From: Simkaniaceae bacterium
Lineage (GTDB): Bacteria; Chlamydiota; Chlamydiia; Chlamydiales; JAJFMI01
Assembly (NCBI GenBank): GCA_040880145.1
Contig: JBBDIZ010000024.1
Span: 1-64,000 of the forward strand
Direction: 5' to 3'
DNA: 64,000 nt
A program made the position numbers and the translations under genes. How positions within the stretch are numbered: position 1 is the first letter of the stretch; each line of letters starts with the position of its first letter. The notes under the pieces are model-generated. The model made no database searches. It was given only the letters and a program-made list of their open reading frames with translations, and was not told where the DNA came from. This document shows positions 48,079 through 55,908 of this stretch, piece after piece.

Positions 48079-48146
48079 TTCATTTGCCTATAACCATCTT
48101 TTCTTACTATAGCTCAAAACTTATGCTGAGATAAAGCAAATTAATG

Positions 48147-48197
48147 ATATACCGAAAATGATTCAAAATCCCAAATTTTGAATCATTTTCGGTATAT
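48147..48197. repeat. Family-B variant: perfect 23-bp hairpin element
   Basis: ATATACCGAAAATGATTCAAAAT-CCCAA-ATTTTGAATCATTTTCGGTATAT. Confidence 0.8.
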
Positions 48198-48219
48198 AGG
48201 CAAGATAGATATTTGGCAA

Positions 48220-48540
48220 TTAAGCGCAGCAGCAGTAAACAAGAATAAGAAAAATCAAAATAGCAGGTAATCCACCTGCGACTAATAGGGTTGCCGTGTA
48301 AGCGAATACAGCAAAAGAGATAGAAATCATCAGCACAGTAAGAACCACGCATCCGAGAATAAACAGTCCAGTGATCATTAGGCAGCTACACCCTGCAGTA
48401 AGTTCCATGCAATCGTTAGCAGCAGAGCTAATGTCTAGATCGAAGAGGTTCGAATTCTGAACGTTCTCATCATCTTGCAAAGCATGTGATATATATATGT
48501 TTTGGGCTTGTGGTGAATTTAAACTGTTCTCTACACCCAT
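48220..48540 (-). CDS. Small Inc-like membrane protein ending in YCCCA
   Basis: GAGG RBS, polar N terminus, hydrophobic C-terminal half of about 55 aa. Confidence 0.65.
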   Translation of the reverse strand: MGVENSLNSPQAQNIYISHALQDDENVQNSNLFDLDISSAANDCMELTAGCSCLMITGLFILGCVVLTVLMISISFAVFAYTATLLVAGGLPAILIFLILVYCCCA

Positions 48541-48644
48541 AAGAAACCTCTTTTTTTGGATAATTTCTCATATTTTAAGATTATGTTTATTTAAAACCAA
48601 GAATTTTTTTTTTTGACGTGGGTGCAAAACTGCAGTGCCGCTCC

Positions 48645-48816
48645 TATAGTCGATTAAATCTTAAATGATAAAAATGGACTCAGCGAGACAAAGCTAAATA
48701 AAGCCGCAGGGCATAGGCCGACGAAGCCTTGCCCAAGTGGGCGAGATGAGGAGAAGGATCCATTTAGCAAAGTCGTAGCAAGTTCATTTTTATCATTTAA
48801 AATTTAATCGACTATA
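48645..48816. mobile_element. Family-A 172-bp MITE-like element, copy 1
   Basis: 36-bp terminal IR beginning TATAGTCGATTAAATC (two mismatches); about 90% identical by hand alignment to the reverse complement of 51394-51565. Confidence 0.9.
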
Positions 48817-49042
48817 ACAGAACAAACGATGCAGAAAATTGCAGCTAATATAGTACAAAAGTTTAAAGAAGGAGAGGCGAAAAATGCACTAAAAGCTTTT
48901 TTTTTAGCTCCTGAGCCTTGTTCAGAAAACTGAATTTACTATCATCCTCTTCTTGAGAAAGATTATAATTATTTATAAAACTATTTTTTTCAATTATATT
49001 TGAATTGTTCATCTTTCAACCTAATTAATTATTAAGATAAAG

Positions 49043-49615
49043 TTACACACTCAAGCAAAGTTGCACACTCAAGATTACGGTAAAAATACAGAATAAAGCT
49101 AGAAAAAAGAAACCGGCTAGAAACAAGTAAATAGAGGGAAAGACGATACAAAAAATCATAAATGTAAAATAACAAACCAAAGAGAGAATCATAAATAATA
49201 CAGTATAAACGACGAAATCACAGGTAGAGCATAAAGATTCTTCTGCTTCTTCTATGGATTCGGCATATGTGAACTTGTAACCTTCGTTTAGATAAGCCTT
49301 TTTAGCTTGTTCGATTTGACTCTTCTCAAAAAGCTCTGTAACTTTAAATGTTGCTTTAGAAGGGTTCTGAAAAGAAGACAAAAGAAACTTTTTTTGAAAC
49401 TTAAGCGGATAGGTTAAATCATCGCTGTTGTTATCAGCATCATTTCTTACAAAAAAAAGAATATCTTTATTTTTTATTTTAAAATTATTTACAGAAAAAG
49501 AGAGATCAGGATCAATTTCAGGAGAATTATAGGATCGGAAAAGATCTTCAACCTCTAAAAAAAGGTTTTTATTAACGACATAATCAGAGGTAATAGGATA
49601 TAGAATTGATTTCAT
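49043..49615 (-). CDS. Inc-like orphan with C-terminal hydrophobic hairpin ending in CLSV
   Basis: AT-rich 190-aa ORF; the last ~55 aa are hydrophobic and Cys-rich. Confidence 0.65.
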   Translation of the reverse strand: MKSILYPITSDYVVNKNLFLEVEDLFRSYNSPEIDPDLSFSVNNFKIKNKDILFFVRNDADNNSDDLTYPLKFQKKFLLSSFQNPSKATFKVTELFEKSQIEQAKKAYLNEGYKFTYAESIEEAEESLCSTCDFVVYTVLFMILSLVCYFTFMIFCIVFPSIYLFLAGFFFLALFCIFTVILSVQLCLSV

Positions 49616-49674
49616 GTTAATAATTATTATGCAATATCTTGATAAAAAAATCGAGAAAAAAATAATTACCCCTA

Positions 49675-50073
49675 TTATTGGCGATCTAAAATTTCTTCTT
49701 CAGTGAGGAGGGGGGCATCCTTGTGGTTGATTCCTTCGCAAGACTTGGCTGCTTCATCCCAATTTTTTTGGCTTTTAAGGATAGAGGGCCAAAAGGGAAA
49801 TGTGCGGCATTGCTTGGGGCGGGCATCATAAAGGGAGCATTTTGTGCTTTTTAGGAAAATGCAGGCATACGTTGCGGGATCCTCAAGGAGTGAAATTTTC
49901 TTTCCTACTTGGCGGGTGTAGCGGCGTAAAAAAGCCTCTTCGCTTAGATTTAAATGTTTGGATAGAAGTGAGATATCTTCTTCTGTCAGCCAGACATATC
50001 CCGGAGCCCCTGTGCAGCAAGCGCCGCAGGCAGTGCAGCCGAAGTGCAGGCCTTCTTTATACCATGAGCTCAA
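49675..50073 (-). CDS. YkgJ/UPF0153 cysteine-cluster protein
   Basis: CTACGACC...CIFL...CSLYDARPKQCRTFPFW...CEG. Confidence 0.9.
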   Translation of the reverse strand: MSSWYKEGLHFGCTACGACCTGAPGYVWLTEEDISLLSKHLNLSEEAFLRRYTRQVGKKISLLEDPATYACIFLKSTKCSLYDARPKQCRTFPFWPSILKSQKNWDEAAKSCEGINHKDAPLLTEEEILDRQ

Positions 50074-50950
50074 AACTTGCGCTCCTGTCTAATAACCAGC
50101 TTGCCGGGCTGCGCTCTTTGGATGTGAATGTCTGAACCAAGAGTTGGGTTTTTGAAAGAGTTAAGAGGTTCCATGAACCATTATGGAGCTTCGAAATGCT
50201 TCCTGGATCGAGGATGATAGGGAGGTGATTAGAGCGGAGATCTGCGCAAATTTGTCTATGAGTATGGCCATGAAGGTAGAGTTGAATTCGTAAATCACCT
50301 CGAATGCGTTTCTCTAATAAATCGCCTCCTTCCATATTTCGTTTTTTTTTATCATTAGCGAAAAAGGGAAAGTGGTTCAAAAGAATAATTTTGGCATCTT
50401 TTGGAACATCGGCTAGTACTTTTTTGAGTTTTTCATCGATTTCAGGGGAGTATTTTCCATTGGAAAGAAAGAGAGAGGTCGAGAGTGTCGTGTCTAATGC
50501 GATAATCCAAAACCCTTCTTTAAACTCAAAGGCGGCTACTTTATCTTTTTCTAAAGAAAACCGATGGCGCTGTTGAGTTGGAAAATCATTTTTAAAATAG
50601 TGGTAAAAGCGCCGTGTTCGATCGGAAAATCGGGTGTAATGGTCATGGTTCCCAGGAATTAGGAAGGTGTGGATGCCTCTTTTTTTGACTTCATCGATAA
50701 AAATACGCGCTAGTTGATACTCGCTTTTTTGCGATGTAGTCGTTAAGTCCCCTGTAATCAAGAGGTCAGTCACTCCTTGATTTTTCAAAAAATCCGGGAG
50801 CATTTTGACTTTCTCATTGATGTAGAGACGCCCTCTTTTTAAGAGCAGATTGGCAGAGCCAAGCCACCGCTTTGAAAAAAACTGAAGAGGGCTAAAACAA
50901 AATTTTGAAAAATGCACATCTGAGATATGCGCTATCCGAATCTCACTCAT
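50057..50950 (-). CDS. Calcineurin-like metallophosphoesterase (Icc/CpdA-like)
   Basis: HISDVH, TGDL, PGNHD, HGHTH. Confidence 0.9.
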   Translation of the reverse strand: MSEIRIAHISDVHFSKFCFSPLQFFSKRWLGSANLLLKRGRLYINEKVKMLPDFLKNQGVTDLLITGDLTTTSQKSEYQLARIFIDEVKKRGIHTFLIPGNHDHYTRFSDRTRRFYHYFKNDFPTQQRHRFSLEKDKVAAFEFKEGFWIIALDTTLSTSLFLSNGKYSPEIDEKLKKVLADVPKDAKIILLNHFPFFANDKKKRNMEGGDLLEKRIRGDLRIQLYLHGHTHRQICADLRSNHLPIILDPGSISKLHNGSWNLLTLSKTQLLVQTFTSKERSPASWLLDRSASFELMV

Positions 50951-50980
50951 TTGAGAAGCAGTATAGCAAAATCGGCGATA

Positions 50981-51373
50981 TTATGCGCTTTTTTTCTGAT
51001 GGTCAAGCTTATGCTGCAATTTGTGGGATCGATCTCTCGATTGTATTTTTACGACTTCATTCCACTGTTTCCCTTCGGGATGGATGCCTGCAGGCCCTGT
51101 CGCATAATCGATTTCAATACCGGGCTGTTGGCGTTTTGACCGTTTTTTCTTTCCTTTAGCCTTCTTTTGTTGCATGTTTTTTTCGAGAGAATGAAGCTTC
51201 TGGCTCAGCTTCTCTTCTTTCTTTAATTTCTCTTTATCTAAATTTTTATTATGAAAATCTTTTTTTAGATTTTCTAAAGAGAATGTTTCGCTATCTTTTT
51301 GATAGTCAAGGCTTTGGCTTTTACGAACCATTTTGCGTCGAACTTGATTTCGACGATGGGGCGAGTTCTTCAT
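50981..51373 (-). CDS. Basic hypothetical protein
   Basis: 130-aa Lys/Gln-rich ORF with a strong GGAGG RBS. Confidence 0.65.
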   Translation of the reverse strand: MKNSPHRRNQVRRKMVRKSQSLDYQKDSETFSLENLKKDFHNKNLDKEKLKKEEKLSQKLHSLEKNMQQKKAKGKKKRSKRQQPGIEIDYATGPAGIHPEGKQWNEVVKIQSRDRSHKLQHKLDHQKKSA

Positions 51374-51393
51374 AATAAACCTCCGTAAAGTAC

Positions 51394-51565
51394 TATAGTC
51401 GATTGAATCTTAAATGATAAAAATGGACTTGCTGTGACTTTGCTAAATTGATCCTTCTCCTCACCTTGCCCACTCGGGCAAGGCTTCGTCGGTCGGAGCC
51501 CTGCGGTTCAATTTAGCTTTGTCTCGCTGAGTCCATTTTTATCATTTAAGATTCAATCGACTATA
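51394..51565. mobile_element. Family-A 172-bp MITE-like element, copy 2 (opposite orientation)
   Basis: Perfect 36-bp terminal IR TATAGTCGATTGAATCTTAAATGATAAAAATGGACT; internal hairpin CCTTGCCC-ACTC-GGGCAAGG. Confidence 0.9.
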
Positions 51566-51572
51566 TTGTTTA

Positions 51573-52463
51573 TTATGAATTAGTATTAATTAATTTTTCA
51601 ACACTATTAACTTGAATAAACTTTTTCCAATACTTTTCTCGAATACGAAATCCTTTAAGGTTTGGAATAAAGCGAGGGGGCGTAATCACTTCTCCCGGGA
51701 AAAATCCGGGGCGCCAAAGGGCTATTTCTTTGTGAGAGCGTGAGATTGTGAGGGTTGGCAGCTTAAAAAGAGAGGCTAAGTGTCCTAAAGAGCTGTCATT
51801 GCCGACAAGCCCTCCTGATTCATAGACAAAGGCTGCAAGATCGCTATAAGTTGGAAAAAGAGGGCTTTCGGGAAACAGAAAGCGTTCATGGGGAGCAACG
51901 CACATACAGGGCTCAAATCCCTTTTTGATAAGGCGTTTTGCAAGAGTTTCATATTTTTTCTTAGGCCAATTTCTTTCAGCAGCTCCGCTTGCGGGATGGA
52001 AGATAAGGCGGTTTCTATATTTTTTATAAATGAGATTAGGAGGAGGGACCATGCCGGTTTCTTTATTTGTTGAAACGGTGGAAGCTAAGTTGTCACAGAG
52101 GGACTGTTTGGGGTCGAAGATAATATCTTGAGGCATTATGGGGTTGTGTTTTTGAGGCTCAAGGGTAGGAAAAATCGTGATCAAATGAGGCCATCTTTTT
52201 TCTCTTAAATTATAGGATCGATTGGTATTGTCATTTTGGTGATAAATCACATCAGCTTGGAGCGCCTTTAAAGAAAAAGGCCGGATCTCTACACTTGGAA
52301 ACCAGTGACGCAGTGAGAGGATCTTATCGTGAAAAACAGTGACCTTAAATCCTTTTCGAACGCAAGCTTCTGCTGCGATCATCATCATTAAGGCGTCTCC
52401 AATGCCGCTAGCCGGTATAATGGCTGCTTTTTCCATAAACTTTCTTAAATCGGTTGTAAACAT
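51573..52463 (-). CDS. Glycosyltransferase family 9 (heptosyltransferase-like)
   Basis: GIGDALMM, FHPASGAAERNWP, VGNDSSLGHLAS; likely start at 52436. Confidence 0.85.
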   Translation of the reverse strand: MFTTDLRKFMEKAAIIPASGIGDALMMMIAAEACVRKGFKVTVFHDKILSLRHWFPSVEIRPFSLKALQADVIYHQNDNTNRSYNLREKRWPHLITIFPTLEPQKHNPIMPQDIIFDPKQSLCDNLASTVSTNKETGMVPPPNLIYKKYRNRLIFHPASGAAERNWPKKKYETLAKRLIKKGFEPCMCVAPHERFLFPESPLFPTYSDLAAFVYESGGLVGNDSSLGHLASLFKLPTLTISRSHKEIALWRPGFFPGEVITPPRFIPNLKGFRIREKYWKKFIQVNSVEKLINTNS

Positions 52464-53343
52464 GGGTTACGGGTAAAAAAAGAGGCCAAAAGTGATCGCG
52501 GAAAGTGAGGCCTATGCCTTTAAAATTTGGGAGAGGAAAGGGAGTTGTGAGGAGATCATTTTTAAAAAAATCAGGGCGCCAAAGGCGAATTTTTCTTGCA
52601 TTTCCAGATAGGGTAAGGGTTTGAATTTTTAAATTAGAAGCTAGATGACCAAGGCCTGAGTCATTTCCGATAAAATATCCGGATTCATAGATGTAGTGTG
52701 CGGTTTCATTTAAATTGTCAAAAAAAGGCACATCAATCCCTTCACTCTTAGCAAATTCCCAATAGGGGTATTCGCTTTTTGAAACTAAAAAGGCAGGCGA
52801 AAAGCCATCGGAAATCAATTTTTTCGATAGAGAAATAAATTGCTTAGGAAGCCAATTTCTCTTCACGCTAGAGCTTGTCGGATGGAGGATAATTCGTTTT
52901 TTATATTTTCTGTAAGTGGCATTCAATGGCGGGGTTAAACCATTTTCTTTTGAAAAACTGCCTCCAAAAAATTTTTCAAGTCCAAGCGCAATGGATGAGG
53001 CCACGGTCATTTTGGGATTAAATAGAAAATCCTGCTCTTTTTTGGCTCTACAAGGGCTAGGAAAAAAAACATGCATGGAAGGAAGGTTTTCTCGTATTCG
53101 AAAAAGATCCCAGGCTCTTTTTGAGTTGTCATTTTCAATGAGGATAAAATCAAAACCTGCATAGCAGGAAGAAGGTTTTTTAATTCGTCTCAAAGGGAAA
53201 AGAAAAGAGAGCGCTTCGGCTTTTTCGTGAAAAAACGTGGGCTCAAATCCCCTTTGTTCTAAATTGTGATAGGCGATCATCATTAATAGAGCATCGCCTA
53301 TCCCTGAAGCGCTAAGAAGCGCGACTGTCTTCTTCATCACCAA
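52408..53343 (-). CDS. Glycosyltransferase family 9 (heptosyltransferase-like), paralog of the downstream gene
   Basis: GIGDALLM, LHPTSSSVKRNW, IGNDSGLGHLAS; likely start at 53337. Confidence 0.85.
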   Translation of the reverse strand: MVMKKTVALLSASGIGDALLMMIAYHNLEQRGFEPTFFHEKAEALSFLFPLRRIKKPSSCYAGFDFILIENDNSKRAWDLFRIRENLPSMHVFFPSPCRAKKEQDFLFNPKMTVASSIALGLEKFFGGSFSKENGLTPPLNATYRKYKKRIILHPTSSSVKRNWLPKQFISLSKKLISDGFSPAFLVSKSEYPYWEFAKSEGIDVPFFDNLNETAHYIYESGYFIGNDSGLGHLASNLKIQTLTLSGNARKIRLWRPDFFKNDLLTTPFPLPNFKGIGLTFRDHFWPLFLPVTHVYNRFKKVYGKSSHYTG

Positions 53344-54898
53344 TGGCTGCCTCTGTTAAGAGCACCATGCATGCCATGGATACAGCAGAGCGAAGCGTCT
53401 CTTTAATCACAAAAGCAGGATCTAAAACGCCTGCTTTTAGAAGATCTTCAATTTGAGCTGATTGTGCGTTGTAGCCAACGGCATAATCACTTAAGAGGAC
53501 CTTTTCAAGGATTAGGGAAGGATCTTCTCCACAATTTAAGACAATCTGACGAAAAGGCGCTTCAAGTCCTTTTTTTAGGATCTTCCTTCCGGCGAGTTCT
53601 TCTCCCTTAAGGACGATTTTTTCGAGAGTTTGACCGGCTCTTAAAAGACTCACACCGCCGCCCGGAAGAACGCCTCCTGCGATCGCAGCTTTTGCCGCAC
53701 ATAAAGCATCTTCGAAATTTTGCTTGCGCCTTTTCATATCAGCTTCAGTTATGCCGCCTACATGAATGACTGCAACCCCCCCGGAGAGTTTCCCTTTTCG
53801 CTCTAAAAGCTTTTCTTTTTCATAGCCGGAAGCTTTGTTCGAGGCTTCTTTCTTCAATAGGGAAATGCGGTTTTTTATCTCTGCAGCGCTACCGGCTCCT
53901 CCAACGATTAAAGTGTGATCCTTTGAGACCACTATTTTTTGAGCAGATCCGAGCTGCTTTGTTTGGACATTTTTGAGCCTATTTCCGCGGTCTTCAGAAA
54001 TCAGTTCAGCACCGACAAGAATGGCAATATCTTCTAAAAGCGCTTTTCGACGATCGCCAAAACCCGGAGCTTTTATAGCGGTGACCTTTAGATGACCTCG
54101 AAGCGAGTTGATAACGAGGGTTGAAAGGGCATCGGCTTCGACATCTTCAGCAATGATCAGAAGCTCTCGACCGGATGTCGCGACACCTTCTAAAAGAGGG
54201 AGGATCTCTTGAATCGTCGTAATTTTTTTATCAGTGACTAAAATCAAGGGATTTTCAAATTCACAGATCATTTTATCAGGATCTGTAACAAAGTAGCGGC
54301 TGATATAGCCTCGATCAAATCGCATCCCTTCCGCCATTTCGATAAATGAGTCGCGTCCTTTTCCCTCTACGATTGTGATAACGCCTTCTTGGCCGGCTTT
54401 TTCCATTGCATCTTTGATCATACGGCCGACTTCCTTGTCATTAGAAGCAGAAATCGTCGCAATTTCCTCGATCTTATCGGAAATTCCGATCGCATTTTTT
54501 TCAATTTCTTCTAATAAGAATTCAAGGGTCTTTTCTAAACCTCTTTTGATGTTAATGGGGCTAAAGCCGGAAGCGATATGCTTGATGCCCTCTGTAACAA
54601 GAGAATTGAGAAGTAATAAACAGGTTGTCGTTCCATCGCCGCAGCGCTCTTTAATATCGAAAACGACTTCTTTAGCCATGCTCATACCCATATTGAGAAA
54701 CTGATCTTTATCCTCAATTTCTTTGATTACGCTGTAGCCATCATTTGTAATAAGGGGAGCTTTAAATGACTCATCGAGGCCGACATTTCGGCCCTTTGGA
54801 CCAAGAGTCGGTCCCACAACATCAGCTAGTTTGTTGATGCCAAGTTTTAGCTTTTCACGCGCCTCTTCTTCAAAAAGGATTTCCTTAGCTGTGCTCAT
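53312..54898 (-). CDS. groEL: Divergent chaperonin GroEL paralog (positional GroEL3)
   Basis: TLGPKGRNV, GDGTTT, EGMRFDRGY, KAPGFGDRRK; no GGM tail, no adjacent groES; start 54898 follows an AAGGAG RBS (ORF track starts at 54919). Confidence 0.93.
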   Translation of the reverse strand: MSTAKEILFEEEAREKLKLGINKLADVVGPTLGPKGRNVGLDESFKAPLITNDGYSVIKEIEDKDQFLNMGMSMAKEVVFDIKERCGDGTTTCLLLLNSLVTEGIKHIASGFSPINIKRGLEKTLEFLLEEIEKNAIGISDKIEEIATISASNDKEVGRMIKDAMEKAGQEGVITIVEGKGRDSFIEMAEGMRFDRGYISRYFVTDPDKMICEFENPLILVTDKKITTIQEILPLLEGVATSGRELLIIAEDVEADALSTLVINSLRGHLKVTAIKAPGFGDRRKALLEDIAILVGAELISEDRGNRLKNVQTKQLGSAQKIVVSKDHTLIVGGAGSAAEIKNRISLLKKEASNKASGYEKEKLLERKGKLSGGVAVIHVGGITEADMKRRKQNFEDALCAAKAAIAGGVLPGGGVSLLRAGQTLEKIVLKGEELAGRKILKKGLEAPFRQIVLNCGEDPSLILEKVLLSDYAVGYNAQSAQIEDLLKAGVLDPAFVIKETLRSAVSMACMVLLTEAAIGDEEDSRAS

Positions 54899-54944
54899 GA
54901 GTCGACTCCTTAGATTCATCGTTTAGGAAGAGACGATAATTGAG

Positions 54945-54974
54945 TTGGAAATTTTGAGCAATCGTTTCGGTATA
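54945..54974. repeat. Family-B half element
   Basis: GAAATTTTGAGCAATCGTTTCGGTATA resembles the right arm of 48147-48197. Confidence 0.5.
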
Positions 54975-54975
54975 T

Positions 54976-55785
54976 TTAATTGAGGTTGTGGATTTCTCTG
55001 TAGAGGATTTTTTTACTTTTGAACATCAATTTAGCAGCGAGTTCGATCGCTTCTTTTTGCGTGAGTTGGAAGGCGTTTTGAATCTTTTGAACGAGTTTTT
55101 TAGGATCCTCATCTACGGGGAAGGGGCCTTGGCCTTCAATGATGAACACAAACTCACCTTTTGGGGCTGTATTTTGAAAGTGATGAAGAAGTTCAAAGGA
55201 GGAGCCATTAAGGCTCTCTTCAAATTTTTTCGTCAATTCGCGGGCAATCCAAACCCTGCAGTTGGGATCGATTTCGCTTAATTCTTTGAGGGTTTTGAGT
55301 ATCTGGTGGGGAGTTTCATAGAAAAGGCTCAAGCCTTGAGAGAGGAGCGCTGTGATAAACGAATGTTTTCTTTCCGACTCTTTTTTGGAAAGAAAACCGA
55401 GGAAATGAAAGGGTTCTGAACCACCGATCAAGGTAAGAGCTGTGACAAGAGCGCAAGGGCCGGGCAGGGCAGAGACGGAAATGTTCTCTTCGCGGCAACG
55501 TTTGACAAGGCTCGCACCCGGATCTTGAATCAGGGGGGTGCCCCCATCAGAGATCAGCCCAAGAGTGGCCCCTCCTTTCAGATCGGCAATGACGCTTTCT
55601 TCACGCTGTTTTTCATTGAACTTATGGAAGCTGATAAGTTTGGAGTGTAAGTCATAATGGTTTAAAAGAATTTTTGATCGTCGCGTATCTTCGGCTAAGA
55701 GATAGTCGCATAATTGAACGGTTTTAACAGCTCGATAGGTCCAGTCATCTAAATTTCCAATAGGGGTTGGGATGAGATAAAGCAT
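54976..55785 (-). CDS. rsmI: 16S rRNA (cytidine(1402)-2'-O)-methyltransferase
   Basis: LYLIPTPIGNLDD, AEDTRRS, SDGGTPLIQDPG, ARELTKKFEE, KGEFV. Confidence 0.95.
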   Translation of the reverse strand: MLYLIPTPIGNLDDWTYRAVKTVQLCDYLLAEDTRRSKILLNHYDLHSKLISFHKFNEKQREESVIADLKGGATLGLISDGGTPLIQDPGASLVKRCREENISVSALPGPCALVTALTLIGGSEPFHFLGFLSKKESERKHSFITALLSQGLSLFYETPHQILKTLKELSEIDPNCRVWIARELTKKFEESLNGSSFELLHHFQNTAPKGEFVFIIEGQGPFPVDEDPKKLVQKIQNAFQLTQKEAIELAAKLMFKSKKILYREIHNLN

Positions 55786-55796
55786 AAATTAAAGTT

Positions 55797-55868
55797 AGGT
55801 GGCACCCAGATTCGAACTGGGGAATGGGAGCTTTGCAGGCTCCTGCCTTACCACTTGGCCATGCCACC
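55797..55868 (-). tRNA. tRNA-Cys (GCA)
   Basis: GGTGGCA TG GCC AAGTGGTAA GGC A GGAGC CT GCA AA GCTCC CATTC CCCAG TTCGAAT CTGGG TGCCACC T; CCA not encoded. Confidence 0.96.
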
Positions 55869-55908
55869 ATTTTTGGCAGCTAAGCTTACATGTTCTAAGT
55901 CATTATGA

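Noticed and set aside
48107..48352. 81-aa minus-strand ORF crossing the 48147 hairpin
   Set aside because: Alternative frame overlapping the better-supported 48220-48540 gene and running through a non-coding palindrome.
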